From the NCBI GenBank assembly GCA_035691005.1, contig DASSJV010000137.1, positions 1-61,174 on the forward strand: a stretch of DNA of 61,174 nt, in the 5' to 3' direction. This DNA comes from Gaiella sp. GTDB lineage: Bacteria > Actinomycetota > Thermoleophilia > Gaiellales > Gaiellaceae. The notes under the pieces were generated by a model that saw only the letters and a program-made list of their open reading frames with translations, was not told where the DNA came from and did no database searches. Both the position numbers and the translations under genes were made by a program. Below, in pieces: positions 27,783 to 36,173 of the stretch (the stretch's first letter is position 1; each line of letters opens with the position of its first letter).

Positions 27783-29984
27783 TCACCATGCCGACGGTGT
27801 CAAGCCTGGGCGCAGCGAGCGGAGAGAGAGGGCGGAGCGAAGGCGCATCGACGGGCGCTCGCGCGAGCGGGCATACGTGAGCACACGGTGCAGTTCGTCC
27901 CGTGCGTGATGCGCGGCCGCATCGGCCCGGTCCGCCGGCCCATAGCGCGCCTCCGCGAGCGCGGAGCCGAGCGAGCCGCACGAGGTCGCGAGCGCCCGCT
28001 CGGCCGTCCGCTGGAGTGACGCGACGGTTGCATGCGGGGCGACGGAGAGCCCGCGGTCGGCGAGCGCGTCGACGAGCTCGGCCCGGACGCCCCAGGCGAG
28101 CCTGCGCGGGTCGCGCCGGCGGAGGCGCCGCGTGCGCCGTACGAGCTTCGCGCTCACGACCAGACCGGCCGCTGCGAGCGGAACGGCGGGGATCGCGACG
28201 AGCCACCAGGCCACCCCTTGCGTGTCCGTCGGCGCCGCCGCGACGGGTGGCTGGGCCGTCCGCGGCCTCTCACGAAACACCTGGTCGAAGTCGAGGAAGC
28301 GGCCGGTGCCGAGCGCGGCCACGGCGTCCGCCGAGTCCGACGCCAGCGTGTACACGGCGGAGAGGGTGCCGCGGCCGGGCGTGGGGTCGAACGTCAGCCA
28401 GCCGTAGCCCGCGAACCACGCCTCGACCCACGCGTGCGCCTGGTAGTCGGTGACCGTCCAGACGCCCCCCTTCCAGGTGCCGGACGTGAAGCCGACGGCC
28501 ACGCGGGCGGGCACGCCGAGCATTCGCAGCATGAGCGCCATCGCGCCCGCGAAGTGCTGGCAGTAGCCGGCGTGAGTCGTCTCCACGAAGTCCACGAGCG
28601 GGGGCTGGTTGCTCCCGCGAGGGGGCTGCTCGTCGTAGCGGAAGTCGGTGCGGAACCACCGCTCGAGCAGGAGCGTCGCCTCATAGGGCGACCGGGCGCG
28701 GGCCGTCACGCGCCGGGCATCCTTCCACAGCGGCCGATACGCCCAGATCGGCTCGTACCGCACGTCGGAGAACAGTCGCGCGACGTCGCGCGTCCGGCCG
28801 GCCGTGCCATACCCGGGAAACCGCGCGTTGCCGAGCTCGAAGTAGCGCGCGGCGGCGGGCGGGTAGCGCGGCGGCGAGGCGGCGAGGGCGCGCGGGACCG
28901 GCTGCGGCGCGTAGCTCCAGACCGAGTACGTCGTGCCCGAGCGCACGGGCGACGCAGCGCGCATCACCCCGCCGCTCAGGAACGAGACGCGTCCCAGCGC
29001 CCTCCCGTCCACGAGCGCAGGCGCACCGGCCGCGACGACGTGATCGTCCTCGTAGCCGTCGATCGTCACCTGCTGGTGCAGCCAGCTGCCGGGCCGCAGG
29101 TCGCGGTCGGGCACGAGCGGGTCGTCCGGAAGCGCCCCGTGGGCCGTGCCGGCGTCGACCGGGTAGAGGTTCTCGATCCAGCGGTCGGCGACGAACGTAT
29201 CGAGCGTCGAGGCGCGCCAGTACTGCGAACGTTTCGGCGCACGGACGCGAAAGACGACCGTCGGGCGCGAGGGGAAGGAGATGCCGGAGTAGTTCGCGTC
29301 CCAGACGAAGCGGAAGTCGCCGGCGCCGCCGCCCCGGGCGAACGGATCCCACCCGCGCCAGTCGACGTGCGTCTTGCCCGGCGCGACACCGCCGGACGCG
29401 GCGGCAGAGGCGGCAACGACGACCGTCGCGACGATCGCGACCCCCGGCACGACGCGACGCAGCCGACCTGCGCGGAGAACGAGGGACGCCCAGAGGACGC
29501 TCCCGAGCGCGAGCGCGCCGAGCCGGAACGCGTAGGCGTCCTCGAGGAGCGTCGCGGGAAACCCGACTCCAACGGCGACTGCGGCGACGACGACCGGCGG
29601 CCGTCGCGCTGCGACGCCGAGGGACGCGGCAAGCGCCAGCCCGAACGCGGCGCACGCGACGAGGCCGTGGAGCGGCGGGAATCCGGCAGGGTCGAACGGG
29701 GCGCGAACCGCGGGGGCGTCGTGGAGGGCGCCCCACGCATCCCCGAGCGCGCGGTGCGGCCACGTCTCGAACGCAACCGAGAGCCCAACCACCGCGACCG
29801 CGGCGGCGGCGAGTCCCGCACGCGCCGGGCTCCCCGCACCGAGCGCCGGGACGAGGGCGAGGAGCGCGAGCGCGACGAACACCGACGGGGCGACGGGCCG
29901 CTCGAGCAGAGCCCACGCCAGCAGGATCGTTGCGACGGGGGGCGCGGCCGCGACGACGGCGCGAAGACGGCGTGCGCTAGCCAA
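27783..29984 (-). CDS. Membrane-anchored transglutaminase-domain protein (TgpA-like)
   Basis: N-terminal TM helices; GYCQHFA, HAWVEAW, FDPTP catalytic triad motifs. Confidence 0.9.
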   Translation of the reverse strand: MASARRLRAVVAAAPPVATILLAWALLERPVAPSVFVALALLALVPALGAGSPARAGLAAAAVAVVGLSVAFETWPHRALGDAWGALHDAPAVRAPFDPAGFPPLHGLVACAAFGLALAASLGVAARRPPVVVAAVAVGVGFPATLLEDAYAFRLGALALGSVLWASLVLRAGRLRRVVPGVAIVATVVVAASAAASGGVAPGKTHVDWRGWDPFARGGGAGDFRFVWDANYSGISFPSRPTVVFRVRAPKRSQYWRASTLDTFVADRWIENLYPVDAGTAHGALPDDPLVPDRDLRPGSWLHQQVTIDGYEDDHVVAAGAPALVDGRALGRVSFLSGGVMRAASPVRSGTTYSVWSYAPQPVPRALAASPPRYPPAAARYFELGNARFPGYGTAGRTRDVARLFSDVRYEPIWAYRPLWKDARRVTARARSPYEATLLLERWFRTDFRYDEQPPRGSNQPPLVDFVETTHAGYCQHFAGAMALMLRMLGVPARVAVGFTSGTWKGGVWTVTDYQAHAWVEAWFAGYGWLTFDPTPGRGTLSAVYTLASDSADAVAALGTGRFLDFDQVFRERPRTAQPPVAAAPTDTQGVAWWLVAIPAVPLAAAGLVVSAKLVRRTRRLRRRDPRRLAWGVRAELVDALADRGLSVAPHATVASLQRTAERALATSCGSLGSALAEARYGPADRADAAAHHARDELHRVLTYARSRERPSMRLRSALSLRSLRPGLTPSAW

Positions 29985-31191
29985 CCGCCCTCTCCTCGAG
30001 CCCCGAGAGCACGTCCTCGAGCGAGGCGCCGTGTCGAACGACGGCGACGGGCGCTCCGGCGGCTGCGAGCCGCAGAAGCGTCGGGGTCGGGGCGGACGGC
30101 GGCCGACCGGCGTACGTCGGCGCGTCGACCGCGACGAGCGCGGGGATCCGTCCTCCGGCCGCGCGGGCGACGAGGGCGTCGGCGACCACCTCCGGTCGCG
30201 CGGTGACGACGACGAGCTCCGCGACGGTGGCGAGGAGGCCGCGGGGGACCGTCAGGGAGACGAGCGGCGTCCCATCCACCCCCTCGACCGCGGCGAGCGC
30301 GTCGAGCGCCCGCTCCCACTCCGCGCCGAGCGTTCGCACGCGGTGCACCTCGGGCGCGGGCGTCCCGATCACGAGCAGCGCCCCGCGCGACCGCGCGGCA
30401 TGCGCCCGCACGACCCCGGCGGCCGCGCGGACGGCGTCGTCGAGGCTCGAGTCACCGGGGGGCCCTGCAACCGAAGAGCGCTCGACGTCGAGCAGCACCG
30501 CGACGCTGTCCCGGGGCGCGTCCTCCAGCTCGCGCACCATCAGCTGGCCGCGCCGCGCGGAGGTCGGCCAGTGGACCGCGCGGAGCGGCTCGCCCTCGAC
30601 GTACTCGCGGACGCCGTGGGGCTCGAGCCCGCTCGGGCGCCGGACGGGCTGGCGGCGTCCGCCGTCGCCACGGGTGCCCGCCTCGCTGAAGAGGAGGCCG
30701 AGGCTCGGCACGCGCGGTCGCACGAGCACGGTGCCGGCCGCGGGGACGGGGAGCTCGACGCGGCTCAGGCCAAAGGGGTCGTCGACCCGCAGCGTGCCGG
30801 GACCGAGCTGGTACCGGCCGCGCGGCGCGCGGTCGAGGAGAAGCGCGGCCTCCCCGTGGCGGCCGAGCGCGAGGCGACGCTCCCCCAGGGGGCCGATCCG
30901 GTCGCGCAGCTCGATCCTGGACGCGAGCCAGGCACGTCCGCGCAGCGCGATCTCGAGCCGCAGGGGCTCGCCCTCGACGCCCGGTGTCGCCGCGGGGAGC
31001 CGTTCCACCGAGAGGCCGCGCGAGACGAGCCAAATCCACCCTCGGGAAACGAGGGCGGCGAGCCCGAGGCCGAAGCCCAGGATCGCGAGCGCGGTCGCAC
31101 CCAGCATCCACGCGGCGACCACGACCGCCGCCGCGAGCACGCCCACGCCGCCGACGACCGTCCCGCCGCCGGTGCGCGGGCGCTCGCTCAC
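29977..31191 (-). CDS. DUF58 domain protein
   Basis: PRGRY, DPFGL, VREYVEGEPLRAVHWPTSARRGQLMVRE. Confidence 0.9.
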   Translation of the reverse strand: MSERPRTGGGTVVGGVGVLAAAVVVAAWMLGATALAILGFGLGLAALVSRGWIWLVSRGLSVERLPAATPGVEGEPLRLEIALRGRAWLASRIELRDRIGPLGERRLALGRHGEAALLLDRAPRGRYQLGPGTLRVDDPFGLSRVELPVPAAGTVLVRPRVPSLGLLFSEAGTRGDGGRRQPVRRPSGLEPHGVREYVEGEPLRAVHWPTSARRGQLMVRELEDAPRDSVAVLLDVERSSVAGPPGDSSLDDAVRAAAGVVRAHAARSRGALLVIGTPAPEVHRVRTLGAEWERALDALAAVEGVDGTPLVSLTVPRGLLATVAELVVVTARPEVVADALVARAAGGRIPALVAVDAPTYAGRPPSAPTPTLLRLAAAGAPVAVVRHGASLEDVLSGLEERAVG

Positions 31192-32156
31192 ACCGGCGCA
31201 GGGGTCGCGGCGAGCGCCTCGGCGACGATCTCCGCGGCCGACACGCCGGTCGCTCGTGCCTCGGGGGCGAGGATCAGCCGGTGTCCGAGGACGGGCTCGG
31301 CGAGCGCCTGGACGTCCTCCGGGACGACGAAGTCGCGTCCCTCGGTGAGCGCACGGGCCTTCGCGAGGCGGAGCAGCGCGATGCCCGAGCGCGGGCTGCC
31401 GCCGAGTGCCAGCCTGCGGCTCTCGCGCGTGTGCCGGAGGATCGCGACGACGTAGTGGTTGATGCGCTCCTCGACGTGCACGCGCCGGGCTGCCTCGATC
31501 GCGTCGAGCAGCTCGTCGTGCCGTGCGACCGGCTGCAGGTGCTCGAGCGGCGGCTCGGTCGTCTGCTCGGCGAGCATCCGGGCCTCCTCCGCGTCCGGCG
31601 GGTACCCGATCGCCATCCGCACCGCGAAGCGGTCGAGCTGCGCCTCGGGCAGCGGGTAGGTGCCCTCGTACTCCACCGGGTTCTGAGTCGCGATCACGAG
31701 GAAGGGCCGCTCGAGCGCGTGCGTCTCCCCGTCGACCGTGACCTGCGTCTCCTGCATAGCCTCCAGGAGCGCCGACTGCGTCTTCGGCGACGCGCGGTTG
31801 ATCTCGTCGACGAGGAGGACGTTCGCGAACACCGGGCCGGCGCGGAACCGGAACGAGCCGCTCGGCCGATCGAACACGTTCACGCCGGTCACGTCCGCCG
31901 GGAGCAGGTCCGGCGTGAACTGCACGCGCTGGAAACGGAGCTCGAGCGAGCGGGCGAGCGCCTTCGCGAGCACCGTCTTCCCCACCCCGGGGACGTCCTC
32001 CACGAGCACGTGCCCCTCGGAGAGCAGGCAGAGGAGCGGCAGCCGCAGGGTCTCGCGGGTCGCGTGAAGGGCCGAGGCGAGGTTCCCGACGACCCGTTCC
32101 GCGAGGGCGAAGGGCTCTCGCGCGCCGGCCGGCTCGACGGCCGCAGCGCCGCTCAC
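31188..32156 (-). CDS. MoxR-family AAA+ ATPase
   Basis: EDVPGVGKT, QFTPDLLPADVTG, DEINRASPKTQSALLEAM, ATQNP, LPEAQLDRF. Confidence 0.94.
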   Translation of the reverse strand: MSGAAAVEPAGAREPFALAERVVGNLASALHATRETLRLPLLCLLSEGHVLVEDVPGVGKTVLAKALARSLELRFQRVQFTPDLLPADVTGVNVFDRPSGSFRFRAGPVFANVLLVDEINRASPKTQSALLEAMQETQVTVDGETHALERPFLVIATQNPVEYEGTYPLPEAQLDRFAVRMAIGYPPDAEEARMLAEQTTEPPLEHLQPVARHDELLDAIEAARRVHVEERINHYVVAILRHTRESRRLALGGSPRSGIALLRLAKARALTEGRDFVVPEDVQALAEPVLGHRLILAPEARATGVSAAEIVAEALAATPAPV

Positions 32157-33334
32157 GTGCGCTCCAGCAGGCGCTCGACCTCGTCGAGGATTGCGCGCGC
32201 GATCGCGGGCTTGGGCGCCTTCGCCACCGTGCGCTCGCCGTCGTGGGAGACGAGGACGACCTCGTTGTCGTCCGACTCGAAGCCGACGTCGTCGCGCCCC
32301 ACGTCGTTGTAGACGACCAGGTCGACGTTCTTGTCTGTCAGCATCGCCCGCTTGCGGGCCAGCCCGTCCTCGCCGCTCTCGGCGCCGAACGCGACCAGCA
32401 CCTGTCCGTCGCGGCGGGCCGCGCCGAGCGCGCGCGCGACGTCGGCGGTCGGCACGAGGTCGACGTGCCACGGCTCGCCGTCCTTCGGCCGCTTGCCCTC
32501 GACGACCTCCGCGGAGCGGTAGTCGCCGACCGCCGCGGCCATCAGCACGACGTCGGCGTCGCTCCGGGCGAGCGCCTCGCGGCGGAGGTCCGCCGCGGTC
32601 GGCGTCGGCACGACCTCGACGCCCTGCGGCGGCGGCACCTGGAGGTTCGCGGCCAGCATCGTCACCCGTGCCCCCCGCTCGCGCGCCGCCTCGGCGAGTG
32701 CGACTCCCATCCTCCCCGAGGAGCGGTTCCCGACGAACCGCACCTGGTCGAGAGGCTCCCGCGTCCCGCCCGCGGTGACCACGACGTGCCGCGCGGCGAG
32801 CGCAGACGTCGCGTTGCCCGCGGCGGCGACCGAGTCGCCCAGCAGCTCCGCGATCTGCGCGGCGATCTCCTCCGGCTCGGCCATCCGGCCGACGCCGACG
32901 AGACCCTCCGCGAGCTCGCCTTCCCCCGGCCCGACCACCACGGCGCCGCGCTCGACGAGGAGCGAGAGATTGGCCTGTGTGGCGGGGTGCTCCCACATCG
33001 CGGTGTTCATCGCCGGGGCCACGACGAGCGGCCCGCGGTGCGCGAGGGCCGTTTCGGTGAGGAGGTCGTCCGCGAGGCCGTGGGCGAGGCGCGCCAAGGT
33101 GTTCGCCGTCAGCGGGGCGACGACGAGCAGGTCCGCGGTCGCGAGGTGCGGGTACGGATCGGCCGGCGGCTCCTTCCGCGCGAGCGCCCAGAACGTGCGC
33201 GCCGCGACGAACCGCTCCGCGCCGTCCGTCGTGATCGGCGTGACGTCGTGCCCCGCGCGCACGAGGAGCCTGACCAGCTCGCAGGCCTTGTACGCGGCGA
33301 TGCCGCCGGTGACCCCCACGAAGACGCGCGCCAC
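32153..33334 (-). CDS. coaBC: Bifunctional phosphopantothenoylcysteine decarboxylase/synthetase
   Basis: GVTGGIAAYK, APAMNTAMW, GRMAEP, TAGGTRE, NRSSGRMG, MAAAVGDY; start GTG 33334 (alternative 33340). Confidence 0.95.
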   Translation of the reverse strand: MARVFVGVTGGIAAYKACELVRLLVRAGHDVTPITTDGAERFVAARTFWALARKEPPADPYPHLATADLLVVAPLTANTLARLAHGLADDLLTETALAHRGPLVVAPAMNTAMWEHPATQANLSLLVERGAVVVGPGEGELAEGLVGVGRMAEPEEIAAQIAELLGDSVAAAGNATSALAARHVVVTAGGTREPLDQVRFVGNRSSGRMGVALAEAARERGARVTMLAANLQVPPPQGVEVVPTPTAADLRREALARSDADVVLMAAAVGDYRSAEVVEGKRPKDGEPWHVDLVPTADVARALGAARRDGQVLVAFGAESGEDGLARKRAMLTDKNVDLVVYNDVGRDDVGFESDDNEVVLVSHDGERTVAKAPKPAIARAILDEVERLLERT

Positions 33335-33368
33335 GGGCACATTGTGCCCCGCGGCCCGCCGAACGGAG

Positions 33369-33632
33369 CTACTGCGCCTGAGGCGCGCCGTACGAGAAGG
33401 TCAGCTTGCCGCGCGCGATCTCTTCCATCGCCATCGTGAGGTAGTTCTTCGAGCGCGACTCGACGAGGGGAGGCGGCGCATCCTCGAGGCCCATGCCCTC
33501 GCCCAGCTGATGGTGGTAGTTGTTGATCTGCCGCGCCCGCTTCGCGGACACGATCACGAGCGCATACCGCGACGCGGGGTCGCCGTCGGTCGGCGTGTGC
33601 GAGAGAAGCTCGTCGATGCGCGGCTCGATCAT
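33369..33632 (-). CDS. rpoZ: RNA polymerase omega subunit
   Basis: PRIDELL...SRYALVIVSAKRARQIN...AMEEI. Confidence 0.92.
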   Translation of the reverse strand: MIEPRIDELLSHTPTDGDPASRYALVIVSAKRARQINNYHHQLGEGMGLEDAPPPLVESRSKNYLTMAMEEIARGKLTFSYGAPQAQ

Positions 33633-34216
33633 CGACGAAGCATGGTACCTGCAAGTACGAGCTCCCTCTCGACGATCGCGGCGAGCACCTCGCTCGCGCG
33701 ATGGACGTCGTCGTTTCGCACCATGTAGCGGAACCGGTGCGCCTGCTCCAGCTGGTGCCGCGCGAGCGCGATCCGGTCGTCGATCTCGCCGGTCGACTCG
33801 GTCGCCCGCTCGCGCAGGCGCCGCTCGAGCTCCGTGACGTCCGCGGCGATGAAGATCGTGCACGCTGCGGGAGACTCGGCCTGGACGTGCAGCGCGCCGT
33901 CGAGCTCGAGCTCGAGGACGCAGACCCGCCCGTGCCCGGCGATCCGGTCGATCTCGGAACGAAGCGTGCCGTACCGCTTGCGGGACACGTACTCGACCCA
34001 CTCGAGGAAGCCGCCCGCGTCGACGCGGCGCGTGAACTCGTCCTCGGTGAGGAACCAGTACTCGCGCCCGTTCTCCTCGCCGGGGCGCTGCTGCCGCGTC
34101 GTCGCGGAGACCGCGACCTCGAGCTCCGGGATCCGCTCGACGAGCGCCCTGATCAGCGTCCCCTTCCCCGCGCCCGACGGGCCCGTGACGACGAAGACGG
34201 GGCTCGAGTCGCTCAT
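33629..34216 (-). CDS. gmk: Guanylate kinase
   Basis: GPSGAGKGT, SATTR, RPGEENGREY, YGT, RLRERATES. Confidence 0.95.
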   Translation of the reverse strand: MSDSSPVFVVTGPSGAGKGTLIRALVERIPELEVAVSATTRQQRPGEENGREYWFLTEDEFTRRVDAGGFLEWVEYVSRKRYGTLRSEIDRIAGHGRVCVLELELDGALHVQAESPAACTIFIAADVTELERRLRERATESTGEIDDRIALARHQLEQAHRFRYMVRNDDVHRASEVLAAIVERELVLAGTMLRR

Positions 34217-34257
34217 GCCGGTCGCCGGCCGCGCCGCTGCCGGCGGCGGAGGCTCAC
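34213..34257 (-). other. 14-aa bridging mini-ORF (VSLRRRQRRGRRPA) between mihF and gmk
   Basis: GTG overlaps the mihF TGA; its TGA overlaps the gmk ATG; TGAGC at both ends; 45 nt. Confidence 0.5.
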
Positions 34258-34586
34258 CTGTGGTTGAACAGGTTGACGAGCTCCGCGCGCTGACGCTCGG
34301 AGAGCCCGCCCACCGTCTTCGACTGGCTGATGCGGCACTGGTTCAGGAGCCGCGCGGCCTTCACGCGACCGAACTTCGGCACGGCCATCAGCATGTCGAA
34401 CACCTTCGCCGTCGAGACGTACTCCGGAGGGTCGAGGAGGATCGATTCGATCTGGACGCGGCCGTCCTTCAGGTCCCTCTTGAGCTGCGCCCGGCGCACC
34501 CGGATGTCGTTCGCGCGTTGGAGAGCTTCCATCCGCTGGTCGAGCGAGCGGGCCGGTGCCTGGGCGTGCGTCTTCGACGAGACCAT
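34254..34586 (-). CDS. mihF: Actinobacterial integration host factor (mIHF)
   Basis: AL..AN..R..RAQLK..LK.G, KV..ML.AVP.FG.VKA, I.....VGGLS.RQR; conserved position before gmk. Confidence 0.88.
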   Translation of the reverse strand: MVSSKTHAQAPARSLDQRMEALQRANDIRVRRAQLKRDLKDGRVQIESILLDPPEYVSTAKVFDMLMAVPKFGRVKAARLLNQCRISQSKTVGGLSERQRAELVNLFNHR

Positions 34587-34620
34587 TGAGCGCACGAGTC
34601 TAGCAAGCTACAAGCGCGAA

Positions 34621-35508
34621 TCAAGCTGTACCGTTCGAGCCGATTTGCAGGTATTTCTCAGATTTGACAACAGCAACGGACCTCGCGTCGAGCGGGTTCT
34701 CGAATCCGCGGGCGGCAGCCTCGGCACGAAGCTCGTCCCGCACGCGCGACGGTGCGAACGGATCGGAGAAGAGGATCGTGCCCAGCGCGACGGCGCTCGC
34801 CCCGGCCGCGACGAGCTCGAGCGCGTGCACTCCGGTGCCCACTCCACCCATCCCGACGACGGGCACGTCGACGGCGCTCGCGCACGCGTAGACGCACGCG
34901 AGCGCGATCGGCCGGAGCGCGTCGCCGGAGTAGCCGCCGACGGCGCGGGCGAGGCGTGGTCGCAAGGTGACGGGGTCGAGCGCGAGGCCGCGGATCGTGT
35001 TCACGAGCGAGAGGCCGTCCGCCCCGGCGGCGACGACCGCGCGCGCGCCCGCCGCCACGTCCCACTGTGCGGGCGAAAGCTTCGCATAGAGCGGTTTTTT
35101 CGTCGCGCCGCGTGCGGCCGCCACGAGCTCCGCGGCCGTGTCGGGCGCCTCCTCGACGTTCGGGCACGAGAGGTTCAGCTCGATCGCGGCGACCGAGTCT
35201 TCGTCGTCGAGGACGGCGCAGCAGCGGGCGAAGTCCGCGGCTGCGAAGCCGCCCACCGAGACCCACAGGTCGACCTCCAGCGCGGCGAGGCGCGGGAGGT
35301 GCGCCGCGACGAAGGCGTCGATCCCCGGGCCCTGCAGTCCGATCGAGTTGAGCATCCCGTGGTCGGTCTCCGCGATGCGGACGGGCGGGTTGCCGTCGCG
35401 CGGCTCGGGCGTGATCGTCTTCGTCACGAAGACGTCGAGCGACGCAGCCACCTCCGGCGCCGCGAGCGCGTCGAGGCACCCAGAGGCGTTGAGGATCGGG
35501 ACGCTCAC
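34621..35508 (-). CDS. pyrD: Dihydroorotate dehydrogenase (family 1B) catalytic subunit
   Basis: LNASG, GNPPVRI, MLNSIGLQGPG, ELNLSCPN, LVNT, GMGG. Confidence 0.93.
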   Translation of the reverse strand: MSVPILNASGCLDALAAPEVAASLDVFVTKTITPEPRDGNPPVRIAETDHGMLNSIGLQGPGIDAFVAAHLPRLAALEVDLWVSVGGFAAADFARCCAVLDDEDSVAAIELNLSCPNVEEAPDTAAELVAAARGATKKPLYAKLSPAQWDVAAGARAVVAAGADGLSLVNTIRGLALDPVTLRPRLARAVGGYSGDALRPIALACVYACASAVDVPVVGMGGVGTGVHALELVAAGASAVALGTILFSDPFAPSRVRDELRAEAAARGFENPLDARSVAVVKSEKYLQIGSNGTA

Positions 35509-36170
35509 GCCGCCTCGCGGAGAACGGGCCCTTCGAGGCAGAGGCGGACGTAGCGGCCGTCGCGCTCGACGACGCATCCGTAGCACGCGCCGTAGCCGCA
35601 GGCCATCGGGGCTTCCCGCGCGAGCTGGGCGCGCGGCACGAGCCGCGCCAGCGCGTCGAGCATCGGCTCCGGGCCACAGGCGAGAACGTCGCCGGGCTCG
35701 TCCGGCAGCGCGTCCGTGACGAGCACCGGGTCGAGCACGACGGCCGCGTTCGGGACGAGCGCGGCGGCCTCGGCATGGAACGCGGTCCGGAACCCGAGGA
35801 TCGCCGGCGGCGAGCCGAGCTGCTCCGAGAGATACGGGAACGGGGCGATCCCGATGCCGCCGCCGACGAGCAGCGGCCGCTCGACGGCGAGGTCGAAGCC
35901 GCGTCCGAGCGGTCCCGTCACATGGATCCCGTCACCGGGGCGGAGCCCCGCGATCGCGTTCGTCCCCGGCCCGAGCGGCTCGATCAGGAAGCCGAGCTCC
36001 CCGGCGGGCGCGCTGCACAGGCTGAAAGGCCGCGGCAGCGGCCGTCCCGGCGCCTCGAGCATGAAGAACTGACCCGGGTCTCCCGGCTCGAGGCCCCCGC
36101 GGGCCAGACGAAGCAGCACGTACGGGCCGAACACCTCGACTCCCGTGATCCTCAGGAGCTCGCGCCGCAT
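35505..36170 (-). CDS. pyrK: Dihydroorotate dehydrogenase electron-transfer subunit
   Basis: PGQF, RPFS, GGGIGIAP, ACGPEPM, MACGYGACYGC...LCLEGPV. Confidence 0.9.
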   Translation of the reverse strand: MRRELLRITGVEVFGPYVLLRLARGGLEPGDPGQFFMLEAPGRPLPRPFSLCSAPAGELGFLIEPLGPGTNAIAGLRPGDGIHVTGPLGRGFDLAVERPLLVGGGIGIAPFPYLSEQLGSPPAILGFRTAFHAEAAALVPNAAVVLDPVLVTDALPDEPGDVLACGPEPMLDALARLVPRAQLAREAPMACGYGACYGCVVERDGRYVRLCLEGPVLREAA

Positions 36171-36173
36171 GCT

